From: an uncultured Bdellovibrionales bacterium
GTDB taxonomy: Bacteria > Patescibacteriota > Minisyncoccia > Moranbacterales > UBA1568
DNA length: 64,000 nucleotides
Direction: 5' to 3'
Assembly: GCA_964398485.1 (NCBI GenBank)
Contig: CAYNMD010000001.1
Location: forward strand, 5,072 to 69,071
Of this stretch, positions 46,227 through 56,317 are shown piece by piece. A program made the translations under genes and the position numbers. The stretch's first letter is position 1, and each line of letters opens with the position of its first letter. The notes under the pieces were generated by a model. It did not search any database, was not told where the DNA came from, and saw nothing but the letters and a program-made list of their open reading frames with translations.

Positions 46227-47640
46227 TTCTTTTTGCTTTGTGAAGCAATCAGATATCTTTCTTAAGAAGAATAAAAGAGAAGCGTCTCGAGGTTTTACCC
46301 TCATCGAGGCCCTGATGTTTCTTTTTCTTTTTTCTGTTATCACCCTTTCTTTTTATCAGACATGGATTTTGGCAACCGGACATATTGTAAATGTCAAGAG
46401 TCGATTGGGGGCAATTGCTGTAGCAAATCAGCAGATGGAGATAATTCGGAGTATTATTTTTGACGACATTGGTACCACTACGGGTATTCCGGTAGGGACG
46501 TTAGCTGAAAATCAAACTCTTTCTGTGAATAATGCTGTTTTTAACGTGCACACACTTGTACAATTTGTAGATAATCCGACAGATGGCACTCTTGGGGCGG
46601 GTACAGACATTGCTCCAAATGATTACAAACAAGTCACGATTACGGTATCTTGGGGAGGTGGCACTGATGCGGAGAAGATATCTACCACATCAATTTTTTC
46701 TCTTGATGGTGTTGAATCGGTAGCAGCAGGTACAGGAATTCTCTCCGTTAATGTACTCGATGGTACTGGTGCCGGGGTGTCGGGGGCATCTGTTCATATT
46801 GTAAACAGTAGTGTCGCGCCCGCTGTTAATATTACTGCTTCTACTGATACCAATGGTAATCTGACATTTCCTGGAGCTCCAGCTTCAGTTCAGGGATATC
46901 AGATTAGTGTAAGTAAGTCTGGTTATTATCCTAATACTACCTATCCACCGTATCCAACCTCTACCTTTAACCCAGTAAATATTCATACCACGGTAGTAGC
47001 TGGTAGTCTCACTGCTACTACTTTAGTGAGCGATGCTGATTCGGATATTAGTTTTCGAACACAGGATCCTTTTGGTACTGATGTTGCTGATGTTGATTTC
47101 GAGATTACCGGTGGATTAGTTATTGGTAACGAAATTTCCGATGCCTCACCAGTTTATGACTATACACAGTCACTCACCACTAATGGAAGTGGAGAAGAAA
47201 ATATCACCAATAGAAGTGCTGGAGTGTATACAGTAGTGCTTGATGCTAGTGAAACTACTTATAGGTTTCTTCGACTTTCTCCGGAGGAAGTCGATTTTGG
47301 GACTATTAACCTATCGGCAGGTACCAATAAATCAGTGACAATGGTCTTGGCTGACAAATCTTTCAGCTCTGCTTTGATCACAGCTGTAAATTCAGCTGAT
47401 AATCAACCTATTGCTGGGGCTAGTATCCGACTTACCAATGTTGGAATTGGTTATGATACAACCGTTACCACGGATACATATGGACAGGCTTTCTTTCATA
47501 CTGCGAACACCCCTTTAGTAGCAGGGACATATGATGTAGAAATTACTGCAGCAAGTTATGTCACTAAGACAGGAACGATAGATATTGCTGGGGACAAACT
47601 TGAGGAAAAACAGTTTGCGCTTGTGTTTATTCCAGGCTAG
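46204..47640 (+). CDS. large type IV pilin/pseudopilin with prepilin-type N-terminus and two CarboxypepD_reg-like beta-sandwich domains
   Basis: Class III signal ...RG/FTLIEALMFLFLF; probable real start at GTG about 46240; repeats SGASVHIVNSS...TDTNGNLTF / AGASIRLTNVG...TDTYGQAFF. Confidence 0.65.
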   Translation: MFWKISNNSFCFVKQSDIFLKKNKREASRGFTLIEALMFLFLFSVITLSFYQTWILATGHIVNVKSRLGAIAVANQQMEIIRSIIFDDIGTTTGIPVGTLAENQTLSVNNAVFNVHTLVQFVDNPTDGTLGAGTDIAPNDYKQVTITVSWGGGTDAEKISTTSIFSLDGVESVAAGTGILSVNVLDGTGAGVSGASVHIVNSSVAPAVNITASTDTNGNLTFPGAPASVQGYQISVSKSGYYPNTTYPPYPTSTFNPVNIHTTVVAGSLTATTLVSDADSDISFRTQDPFGTDVADVDFEITGGLVIGNEISDASPVYDYTQSLTTNGSGEENITNRSAGVYTVVLDASETTYRFLRLSPEEVDFGTINLSAGTNKSVTMVLADKSFSSALITAVNSADNQPIAGASIRLTNVGIGYDTTVTTDTYGQAFFHTANTPLVAGTYDVEITAASYVTKTGTIDIAGDKLEEKQFALVFIPG

Positions 47641-47653
47641 TCAAAAAATACCT

Positions 47654-48265
47654 ATGAGAATTGTTCGAGGGATGTCTTTTATAGAAATGATTGTAGCTAT
47701 TCTTATCATGCTACTCGGGATGAGCGGATTTACGTATCTTTTTGTGGATAGTTGGAGATCGAATAAGTTTATCATTGAGATGGGTAATGCTTCACTTCTT
47801 GCATCACGATCCGTAAACAATTTGGTTGCAGATTTACGAAAAGTTCGTCAGGCAGATAATGGTGACTATCCCATTGAGTCCGGCGATGATTTTGACATCA
47901 AAGTATATATTGATATTGATAATGATGGTGTTACTGAGAGAGTACATTATTACCTGCAGAGCGGATCTCTCTATCGGGGAGTAAGAGAGCCAGTCGGCAA
48001 TCTTCCGGTTAACTATCCCAATGGTGACGGTACCACTACTTTGCTGGCTAACTCCATCATCAATTCAAATACACAGCCTGTTTTTTCTTATTATAATGAT
48101 GAATATCCTTCTGACACAACGAATAACCCATTAGCGACCCCAGTAAATGTAGCTGAAGTAAAGATGGTGAAAGTACATCTTATGGTCAATATTGATCCAC
48201 TCAATGTTCCTGAGCATATCAATGTTGAATCATTTGCTGAGCTCAGGAATCTTAATGGTTACTAA
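47654..48265 (+). CDS. minor pilin/pseudopilin (prepilin-type N-terminal domain)
   Basis: MRIVRG/MSFIEMIVAILIMLL. Confidence 0.6.
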   Translation: MRIVRGMSFIEMIVAILIMLLGMSGFTYLFVDSWRSNKFIIEMGNASLLASRSVNNLVADLRKVRQADNGDYPIESGDDFDIKVYIDIDNDGVTERVHYYLQSGSLYRGVREPVGNLPVNYPNGDGTTTLLANSIINSNTQPVFSYYNDEYPSDTTNNPLATPVNVAEVKMVKVHLMVNIDPLNVPEHINVESFAELRNLNGY

Positions 48266-48274
48266 TGTATTTGT

Positions 48275-49696
48275 ATGAGAGTGGTACGTGGATCAGCTTT
48301 AGCCTATGGCCTTGTGATCATGACAGTAGTCATGATACTTCTGACGTCTATTGTGACTTTTGTAAGTTCGTATCTTCAATATAGCTTGAAACAGCGTGAT
48401 CGAGAACAGGCGTTACATATTGCCGAGGCCGGTATACACTTTTATCGCTGGTATCTTGCTCATCAACTCGACGGGCGGACAGCGAGTCAGATTCAGACTT
48501 TTTGGGATGCCGGGACGGCTTTGGGCCAATCAACGCCCTACGTCAGTTCCTTTGGCGGGGGTGAGTACTCAATCACAGTCACTCCTCCAAGCTCTGGACA
48601 AACAATTGTATACATAACCTCAACTGGTCAGACAAATCGCTATCCAGACCAGTCTCGAACCATTCGGGTGAGGTTGCGAAGGCCTTCTTGGAGTGAGTAT
48701 GCTGCACTTACTGATGAAGCAGTACGCTTTGGTACTGGGACAGAAGTTTTTGGGAAGCTTCATTCTAATAATGGGATTCGTTTTGATGGCCTTGCTCACA
48801 ATGTGGTCTCAAGTGCAGTTGATGAGTATAATGACCCCGATCATACTGGCGCCAATGAATTTGGTGTCCATACTCACGTTAATACTCCGCCATCATCAGG
48901 GATTAATAATGCTTTTCGTGCAGCCGAGGCTCCGCCGAGTACTGTTGCTACCAGGACAGATGTTTTTGAGGCAGGGCGCGTATTTCCTGTGGTCCCACTT
49001 GATTTCAGTGGCCTTCTCGGTGATTTGAGTTTGATGAAGAGTGAAGCTCAATCGGGAACGAATGGAAGCAGATATTTTGATAACACGAGACAGGGGAGGC
49101 ATATTATTCTGAAATCAAATGATACTTTTGATATTCGAACAGTGCAGAGTTTTAATGCGTCTACCAATGAAATCATCAATTATAATGGTGGTTGGTCAAA
49201 TTATCCGATTCCAAATGGGGGGGTTATTTTTGTAGAAAACAATGTGTGGCTTGAAGGAACGGTTAATGGTCGTAGAGTCACGGTAGTGGCAGCCAACCTT
49301 ATTTCTGCCTCACAAAAAACTGTATATTTAGGAAAAGATCTTCGATATACCAACTATGATTGCACTGATATGATTGGAGTTATTGGACAGAATGATGTTG
49401 AAGTTTATCGACAGAGTAATGACATCTTGCGCCTAGATGCTGCTCTTTTAGCGCAATCTGGTAGGGTGGGCAGGGCAAATTATACCGGAGCATATGCTAT
49501 TCGGGATACGATTACTGTCTATGGGTCGATTGTGAGTAATCAGCGGTATGGATTTGCTTGGGCAGATACGATGGGGAACCATGTTTCAGGATATCAGACT
49601 CGTAATTTATATTACGATAACAATCTTTTGTATTGTCCGCCGCCATATTTTCCTACAGGGACACAGTATGAACTTGATCTCTGGGAAGAGCTCTAG
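48275..49696 (+). CDS. PilX-like minor pilin/pilus-associated protein
   Basis: N-terminal hydrophobic helix plus ALHIAEAG motif of the PilX N-terminal domain; 473 aa. Confidence 0.5.
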   Translation: MRVVRGSALAYGLVIMTVVMILLTSIVTFVSSYLQYSLKQRDREQALHIAEAGIHFYRWYLAHQLDGRTASQIQTFWDAGTALGQSTPYVSSFGGGEYSITVTPPSSGQTIVYITSTGQTNRYPDQSRTIRVRLRRPSWSEYAALTDEAVRFGTGTEVFGKLHSNNGIRFDGLAHNVVSSAVDEYNDPDHTGANEFGVHTHVNTPPSSGINNAFRAAEAPPSTVATRTDVFEAGRVFPVVPLDFSGLLGDLSLMKSEAQSGTNGSRYFDNTRQGRHIILKSNDTFDIRTVQSFNASTNEIINYNGGWSNYPIPNGGVIFVENNVWLEGTVNGRRVTVVAANLISASQKTVYLGKDLRYTNYDCTDMIGVIGQNDVEVYRQSNDILRLDAALLAQSGRVGRANYTGAYAIRDTITVYGSIVSNQRYGFAWADTMGNHVSGYQTRNLYYDNNLLYCPPPYFPTGTQYELDLWEEL

Positions 49697-49776
49697 TGTT
49701 GTTTGATAAATGTTTGTAGCCAGGTGTGTTATTATAGTAAAGAAGAAAAAATAGAAAGCAAAAACAAACGCTCGGT

Positions 49777-50871
49777 ATGAGCTTGCTTTATAAGAAAATT
49801 TTTAATCTTTTCCCGCAGTCTTTTGGACTGGATCTCTCGGACCTTTCTTTAAAGGCTCTTTGGCTTGAACGTGAGGGAAAAGAAGAAATTGTGACAAGCT
49901 TTGGATCAGTACCCCTTTCTTTGGGGAGTGTTGTTGACGGTGAGATTATCAAAGAGGAAGTGGTGGTACAGGCTATACATGACATCATGGCAAAGACGGA
50001 GCCGTCGCCGATCCGTACGAAAAAGGTTATTTGTTCGCTTCCAGAAACAAAGGCTTTCTTACGTATCATTGGTTTACCTGAGATGGCTCCAGACGAGGTA
50101 AAAGAAGCCATTAAATGGGAGATCGAGGCAAATATCCCACTTACTCTTGATCAGGTTTATTACGATTATCAAATTCTTGAAAAGAAACTGATACCAGAAA
50201 AAGGGAAAATGAGTATTCTGGTGGTGGCGGTAGCTCGTAACATGGTGGATCAGTTTCAGGGGGTGCTTGAAAAAGCTGGTTTGGAAGTGGCTGGTTTTGA
50301 GACAGAATCAATTGCACAAGCTCGGAGTCTTCTTTCGGAGAAGGATGAGGATAAGACAAGGCTCATCATCGATATTGGCGATCGAAGAACAAGTTTTTTG
50401 GTAGCGATAGGTAATACTCCCTGTTTTACATCTAGTGTCCCGCTGTCTTCTCAAATGATTACAGATGCTATTTCCAAGGAAATGAAGATATCTTTTGATG
50501 AAGCAGAGGCAATGAAGATAAAATACGGTCTAGGATCCCTTGCTCTCAAAAGTCCTCTGTTTAAGGCTGCTCAACCGGTTTTGGAAAATATCGCTGTTGA
50601 AGTTGAGCGATCAATAAACTTCTATCTTTCGAATCTACGATATTCAAAGTCAATTGATAGTATTGTCCTCTGTGGTGGTGGGTCAAACATGAAAGGTCTA
50701 TTGCCGTATCTTACAAAACGTCTCAACCAGTCAATTGAATTTGGTAATCCTTGGGTTAATGTCCACCTGGGACGGATGCTCCCGCCGATTGATAGAGGAC
50801 ACTCAGTTCAGTATTCAACAGTGATCGGCCTCGCTCTGCGTGGTCTTGATGAGTATGCGGATTTTGCTTAA
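49777..50871 (+). CDS. pilM: type IV pilus assembly protein PilM (actin-like ATPase fold)
   Basis: GLDLSDLSLKAL..., IDIGDRRTSF, actin-fold motifs. Confidence 0.8.
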   Translation: MSLLYKKIFNLFPQSFGLDLSDLSLKALWLEREGKEEIVTSFGSVPLSLGSVVDGEIIKEEVVVQAIHDIMAKTEPSPIRTKKVICSLPETKAFLRIIGLPEMAPDEVKEAIKWEIEANIPLTLDQVYYDYQILEKKLIPEKGKMSILVVAVARNMVDQFQGVLEKAGLEVAGFETESIAQARSLLSEKDEDKTRLIIDIGDRRTSFLVAIGNTPCFTSSVPLSSQMITDAISKEMKISFDEAEAMKIKYGLGSLALKSPLFKAAQPVLENIAVEVERSINFYLSNLRYSKSIDSIVLCGGGSNMKGLLPYLTKRLNQSIEFGNPWVNVHLGRMLPPIDRGHSVQYSTVIGLALRGLDEYADFA

Positions 50872-51415
50872 TCTTCTTCCTAAAGAAAAACAACAAGAGC
50901 TTTCGCGGAAATTTTATTCTCGGTTTTTTCTTTGGCAAACTTGTCTCATATTAGTCCTGGTTATTTTTTATGCGACTGTTCTTGGGGGTATTTATTTCTT
51001 ACTCAATTATCAAGTGAAGGGAGCTCAATTGGCTCTGGATAGTTTCAATCAATACAATCAGGAGTCAAGGAAACTCACTGAATACCAAGAGGCTTTTCGA
51101 CAAGCCAATAACCTGAGTGCGGACATAAACCGATATTTGGATCAACATCATCAATGGGGAAAATTATTCTCCCTGCTAGAGAAACTAACCCCAGTAGGGG
51201 TATCTCTGACTGGTTTGAGTACTAAGGACTATACGGTTTCTGTCGCTGGGCGAGCTGATACTCGTGATCAGTTTTTGGCTTTTGAAGCAGCTCTTAAAGC
51301 GGCTGAGTGTACCAGTGATGTCAAAGTCCCGCTCTCTAATCTCTTTGCTCAGACCGAACTAGATTTTCAGATTGACTTTAATATCAAGAAGGAGTGTCTT
51401 TTGAATCGTAATTAG
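50855..51415 (+). CDS. PilN-like inner-membrane pilus assembly protein
   Basis: Short cytoplasmic N-terminus, one TM, periplasmic domain; position after pilM. Confidence 0.55.
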   Translation: MRILLNLLPKEKQQELSRKFYSRFFLWQTCLILVLVIFYATVLGGIYFLLNYQVKGAQLALDSFNQYNQESRKLTEYQEAFRQANNLSADINRYLDQHHQWGKLFSLLEKLTPVGVSLTGLSTKDYTVSVAGRADTRDQFLAFEAALKAAECTSDVKVPLSNLFAQTELDFQIDFNIKKECLLNRN

Positions 51416-51420
51416 GATGT

Positions 51421-52197
51421 ATGGCGAACAACACTCAATGGAACAAGGTAAAACCATGGCTCATTCAAGGAGGGCTTTTGCTTGGAATGGGTATGCTTTT
51501 TTGGTTTGGGATAAAGCCACTTCATACGATGATTTCTGCGCGGATGGATACGATACAGCAGCTTGATGTGATGCGGGAATTTCGATCTAGTGAAATCAAA
51601 AAACTTCCTGATCTCGAGAAACAGAATGAACTCATTCAATCATACAAGAAGGATCTCATGATTGTGCTTGCTAAAGATGATTTAGTTGGATTTATCCAGA
51701 AATTGGAGGAACTAGCAGTAAGTGAAGGAGTAAAAATAGAAATTGTCTCGAGAGATAACACTCTTTTGGAGAGTAAAATAACAAAGTCGGAAAATACCAA
51801 GGAAAAAAAAGTAAGTAGTGAGACGGGTTCTTCTAGTGAGGCAGCTCCACCGGTGTCAGCTGATAAACGTAAGGCCAAGAATTCGACGGAAATATTGGAC
51901 AAGCTTCCGCTGAAGCATTATATTCGATTGACGTTGATTGTTGATGCTCCCTATGAGTCGTTGGTACGGTATCTAGCAAAAGTTGAAACGATGCCATATG
52001 CTCTAGAAATACTTGGCCTTGTTATTAAAGAATCTGAAAAGAAATCTGACGAATCAGGACCATCATTTAGTGGGGATTTTGTTCAGAGTGATATTTCTCA
52101 AGTGGACAATGGGGGAGGGGAAGCGTTGGCACCTATCCCACTATCGCCACTGATTCTTTCTGGGGAGTTTGATTTAGTGGTCTATACCAAGGAGTAG
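51421..52197 (+). CDS. PilO-like pilus assembly protein
   Basis: One TM then coiled-coil then C-terminal domain; position after pilN. Confidence 0.5.
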   Translation: MANNTQWNKVKPWLIQGGLLLGMGMLFWFGIKPLHTMISARMDTIQQLDVMREFRSSEIKKLPDLEKQNELIQSYKKDLMIVLAKDDLVGFIQKLEELAVSEGVKIEIVSRDNTLLESKITKSENTKEKKVSSETGSSSEAAPPVSADKRKAKNSTEILDKLPLKHYIRLTLIVDAPYESLVRYLAKVETMPYALEILGLVIKESEKKSDESGPSFSGDFVQSDISQVDNGGGEALAPIPLSPLILSGEFDLVVYTKE

Positions 52198-52209
52198 CTT
52201 CATTGCAGT

Positions 52210-52533
52210 ATGAAAATGAAAATAAAAAAAATAAATTGGGTGAATATAGTGAAGTACGGTTTCTCCGTGTGGCTGCGTCATTATAAGCTACTCTTTTTTA
52301 TCTCATTTCTTGTGGTAGCAGGATTGGGTGGATACGAGTGGAGGAGAAGCCTTTTTACTTACAGTTGGACTCCGGAGCAGCGAAAGGCATATCTTGATGC
52401 CACTATTAAAGAAACGGTTTTTCAGGAACAGCAGTTTCTTGGGTCTCTCAAGAAAATTGATGTTCTTCGCAGTGAACACGCAAAGAGGGTTAGTCCTAGT
52501 GAAGAACTCTTCATTTCAGGAAAAGAGGACTAG
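52210..52533 (+). CDS. hypothetical membrane-anchored protein (possible PilP-like)
   Basis: One TM; position only. Confidence 0.3.
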   Translation: MKMKIKKINWVNIVKYGFSVWLRHYKLLFFISFLVVAGLGGYEWRRSLFTYSWTPEQRKAYLDATIKETVFQEQQFLGSLKKIDVLRSEHAKRVSPSEELFISGKED

Positions 52534-52583
52534 TCAGGCAATAATTATTGACAAAATACTACAAGTCTGGTATTTTGACATTT

Positions 52584-53624
52584 ATGCCTGCACTACTTTC
52601 AATGTATCTCAAGAATCTCGGAGATTCTCTCCCTCGTTATCGTCAGGAGCAGATTTGGCAAGCGCTGTTTTCTCCAAGGTATCATTCCTGGGAGGAAGTT
52701 TCATCGTTACCAAAAATGCTACGCGATGAATTAATGCGAGAGGTGTCATGGATTAGTTTGAAAGAAAAATATGTTTTGTCGAGTAAGCAACAAGATACTT
52801 ATAAGGCCCTCCTTGAGACGAATGATCATAAAATGGTGGAGACAGTGCTTATGAAGAATGCTCGGGGGCATTTTAGTATTTGTGTATCGTCTCAGGTTGG
52901 ATGTGCTATGGCTTGCACCTTTTGCGCTACTGGAAAAATGGGTTTTACGAGGAATTTAACTGCCCATGAAATTGTAGATCAATACCGTTTCTGGATGTAT
53001 TTTTTGAGGGAGCATCCCGCGTTAGATCAGCAGATCACCAATGTTGTTTACATGGGCATGGGTGAGCCCCTGGCTAATTACGATAACGTAAAAAGTTCTT
53101 TACAGACTCTTTTGAAATATACAGAGATGGGACCCACTCGCCTTACTGTTTCGACAGTTGGCCTAATTCCAATGCTCAGAAAAATTTTGTCTGATACTGA
53201 TTGGCCGCCAGTAAAAATCGCAGTGTCGCTCCACAGTGCTGATGGTGAGACTCGGCGGAATATTATGCCATCTTCCTATCAAGGATTTCTGGAGGATCTG
53301 GCTCAGTGGACAAAAGAGTATTTTGCTCAATTTGATTCTCGTCGACGGCACCTAACTTTTGAGTATGTGATGTTAGCTGGAATAAATGATACCTCATCTC
53401 ATGCAGAGAAATTAATTAAGTTTGCTCGGCGGGTGGGTAAGGTAAAAGTAAATCTTATTCCTTACAACGATACGAAAAGCAAGTATGAAACGAGCGAAAG
53501 TGAAGCGCTTATATATTTTGAAGAAAAATTGCGTCAGGCTGGCGTTGATGTTACTCGTCGTCGAACTATGGGAGCCGATATTGCTGCTGCCTGCGGTCAG
53601 TTGATAGTTGAAAATAAATCATGA
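52584..53624 (+). CDS. rlmN: 23S rRNA (adenine2503-C2)-methyltransferase RlmN (radical SAM, RlmN/Cfr family)
   Basis: CVSSQVGCAMACTFCATG, GMGEPL, downstream Cys; -35/-10-like TTGACA...TATTTT just upstream. Confidence 0.85.
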   Translation: MPALLSMYLKNLGDSLPRYRQEQIWQALFSPRYHSWEEVSSLPKMLRDELMREVSWISLKEKYVLSSKQQDTYKALLETNDHKMVETVLMKNARGHFSICVSSQVGCAMACTFCATGKMGFTRNLTAHEIVDQYRFWMYFLREHPALDQQITNVVYMGMGEPLANYDNVKSSLQTLLKYTEMGPTRLTVSTVGLIPMLRKILSDTDWPPVKIAVSLHSADGETRRNIMPSSYQGFLEDLAQWTKEYFAQFDSRRRHLTFEYVMLAGINDTSSHAEKLIKFARRVGKVKVNLIPYNDTKSKYETSESEALIYFEEKLRQAGVDVTRRRTMGADIAAACGQLIVENKS

Positions 53625-54616
53625 TGAAAGAAAAGCTTCTTTGGATATCTTTCTGTAGTGTAGCAATTGTCAGTTTGATTATTTGGCTTTTTTTCGATCT
53701 AACCAATAGATCAACTATCTCTCTTGATTATTTCCATCAAAACGAATCTAGAAAGACAGAAGTAGCCCATCAAGAGTTGCCTGAAGTGAAGGTGCTATTT
53801 GGTGGAGATGTCATGCTGGATCGTTATATTCGGACGGTCATGAATCGCAGAGGAGAAGATTATCCCCTGGTTCCTCTCCAGACAGTGCTTGCTGAAAACG
53901 ATAGAGTTGTAGCGAATCTCGAGGGGCCAATTACTGAACATACGTCAGTAAGTGAGGGAAGCGCTATAGGAGAGAAAAAAAATTATGTATTCACTTTTGC
54001 ACCAGGAAGTGCTAGTTTTTTGAAACGTAATCATATCAATATTGTAAATATTGGTAACAATCATATATTAAATTTTGGCAAGGGGGGAGTGCAATCGACG
54101 AAAAATTTTTTGGATACAGCAGGGGTAAGATATTTCGGTGATCCACTATCCGAAAAAAGAACGCTCATAGAAACTATACATAATACAAAGATTGGTTTTG
54201 TAAACTATAATGAGTTTATTGCTGAAGGAAAAGAGAAGGTAATGCAGGATATTCAGAAAGTAAGAGGAGTGGTTGATATTCTCGTAGTCTACGCTCATTG
54301 GGGAAAAGAATATGTTGGAGTGCCTTCGTCAGTGAGAGACTTGGCCCATGAATTTATTGAGGGTGGCGCTGATGTGATCATCGGGTCGCATCCACACATT
54401 ATCCAGGAGAAAGAAGTATATCAGGGGAAGGTGATATATTATTCTCTAGGAAATTTTATTTTTGACCAGTATCAAGATTGGTCGACCCGACAGGGACTCC
54501 TTGTGAAGATGAAAATACATCCAACAACTCACGAACTTCGGTTTGAAGAAATTCCAATTATACTCAATCGTAGTGGTCAAACTGAAGTAAAATCAAAGAC
54601 TATTGTGGAAGAATAG
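53621..54616 (+). CDS. CapA-family metallophosphatase (poly-gamma-glutamate synthesis CapA/YwtB-like)
   Basis: FGGDVMLDR, NLEGPIT, GNNH, HWGKEY, GSHPH motifs. Confidence 0.7.
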   Translation: MMKEKLLWISFCSVAIVSLIIWLFFDLTNRSTISLDYFHQNESRKTEVAHQELPEVKVLFGGDVMLDRYIRTVMNRRGEDYPLVPLQTVLAENDRVVANLEGPITEHTSVSEGSAIGEKKNYVFTFAPGSASFLKRNHINIVNIGNNHILNFGKGGVQSTKNFLDTAGVRYFGDPLSEKRTLIETIHNTKIGFVNYNEFIAEGKEKVMQDIQKVRGVVDILVVYAHWGKEYVGVPSSVRDLAHEFIEGGADVIIGSHPHIIQEKEVYQGKVIYYSLGNFIFDQYQDWSTRQGLLVKMKIHPTTHELRFEEIPIILNRSGQTEVKSKTIVEE

Positions 54617-54659
54617 TGGTTGATTTTTCTTTTCTTTCTTAGTACACTAGCAGGACTTT

Positions 54660-55850
54660 ATGTCTAATACTTACTTTATTCAAACATTTGGCTGTCAGCA
54701 GAACACAGCTGATTCCGAACGATTGGCGAGCTATTATGAGGCTCGCGGTTTTATGCCGGCTGAAAATCTTGAGACTGCTTCAACTCTTATTATCAATACT
54801 TGTATCGTCCGAGATCGAGCCGAAGAAAAAGTCTACGGATTAGTACAGAATCTTCGCGAAAAATCAAAACGACATAAAGATGATCTGCATATTGTTGTGA
54901 CAGGATGCTTGGTGGGAGCAGCTACCCGAGAGCCGTCGGGAAAACTCATTAAACGGATGCAGGCAAGGCTTCCGGATGCAGAGTTTCTTCCTCTGGAAGA
55001 AGTTGGTTTTGAGCATGCCCCAAAACGTCAGCAAGGAAAATTAGCTTCTATAGTTATTTCTAATGGGTGCAATAATTATTGTGCCTTTTGCATTGTGCCA
55101 TTTTCTCGTGGCAAAGAGCGTTCACGACCATTCCAGGATATTCTTGCTGAAGTGAGGCAGGCAGTATCAGCTGGGAAGACGGAGATTATGCTTCTGGGGC
55201 AGAATGTGAACTCTTATGGGGCAGATATTCTCTTTGAGGCTATGAAGAACAAGGGGAAATATGAACTTCCGAGTGGTGATCTGGTAGAGCCAGTGATGGT
55301 AAAGCATCTTGGTCGCCATCGTATCCCTACCATTTTCCCAAAGCTTCTCGAAGCGGTAGCTATCATTCCTGGAGTCGAAAAAGTTTCATTTCTGTCTTCA
55401 AATCCTTGGGATTTTTCTGATGCCCTTATCGAAACCATTGCTAAACATAAAAATATTGATCGCTTGCTCCATCTGCCGATACAGGCGGGGAGCAATAAAA
55501 TAATCAAGGCTATGAATCGTTGGTACACACGTGAGGAATACCTTGACCTTATTGAGCGTATTCGATCCAAGGTCCCTGAAGTAAAATTTACGACTGACAT
55601 TATCGTCGGCTTCCCCGGGGAAACAAGAGAGGATTTTGAGGAGACGCTTGATATCGCAAAGAGGGTAAAGTTTGATCGGGCGTACATTGCCTGGTACTCA
55701 CCGCGTCATGGCACGGCGGCGCTCAAAATGAAAGAAGAAATAGATATTCATGAAAAAAAGCGCCGCTATACTGAGTTAGATCATCTTGTTTTGCGTCTTG
55801 CTGGCCGAGAGCATTTGATTGGGAAAACATCGCTCACACCGAAAGAGTAA
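54660..55850 (+). CDS. MiaB/RimO-family radical SAM methylthiotransferase
   Basis: MTTase N-domain (FGCQQN...INTCIVR), radical SAM CNNYCAFC; short/absent TRAM domain. Confidence 0.8.
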   Translation: MSNTYFIQTFGCQQNTADSERLASYYEARGFMPAENLETASTLIINTCIVRDRAEEKVYGLVQNLREKSKRHKDDLHIVVTGCLVGAATREPSGKLIKRMQARLPDAEFLPLEEVGFEHAPKRQQGKLASIVISNGCNNYCAFCIVPFSRGKERSRPFQDILAEVRQAVSAGKTEIMLLGQNVNSYGADILFEAMKNKGKYELPSGDLVEPVMVKHLGRHRIPTIFPKLLEAVAIIPGVEKVSFLSSNPWDFSDALIETIAKHKNIDRLLHLPIQAGSNKIIKAMNRWYTREEYLDLIERIRSKVPEVKFTTDIIVGFPGETREDFEETLDIAKRVKFDRAYIAWYSPRHGTAALKMKEEIDIHEKKRRYTELDHLVLRLAGREHLIGKTSLTPKE

Positions 55851-55964
55851 GGAAAAATGCCTTAAGAGAGGCAAAATTATACCCTCTGCGGGAGATATTT
55901 TTTGTGGTATAGTCGAGATAAGTAATCGCCATAGGTGCGGTTATGATTCCTCAAGGAGGATGTC

Positions 55965-56207
55965 ATGGATCGCTTTATTTCCGAGTTCATCCTGATGGGT
56001 CTGGTACTTTTCGCTCTCAAGCAACTTGAACCAGTCGCCCTGCGTCTCTTTGGTGTCTTCTGCAGCTGGGTGGCTAGCTGGCCATGGGTGCAGCACCTCG
56101 AGACACGATGGAAGGCGCGCCAGTTGCGGAAACGAGCAGAGGAAGCTTGGGGTACTCGACAGGCGGCTGATGCCTGGGAAAGACGCTTCGGGAAAGACGC
56201 CTCCTAG
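55965..56207 (+). CDS. hypothetical small membrane protein
   Basis: AAGGAGG 5 nt upstream of the ATG; one TM; preferred over the overlapping minus-strand ORF. Confidence 0.3.
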   Translation: MDRFISEFILMGLVLFALKQLEPVALRLFGVFCSWVASWPWVQHLETRWKARQLRKRAEEAWGTRQAADAWERRFGKDAS

Positions 56208-56317
56208 TCGTCCTCGGAGGACTCTCTCTATACCGTCTTTGGTTTCGATAAACCCGAGGCGGTGTTCTTTTTTGAAAAAGGAAAAAGTGCTAGGATGGGG
56301 GCAATTATTGAAATGGT

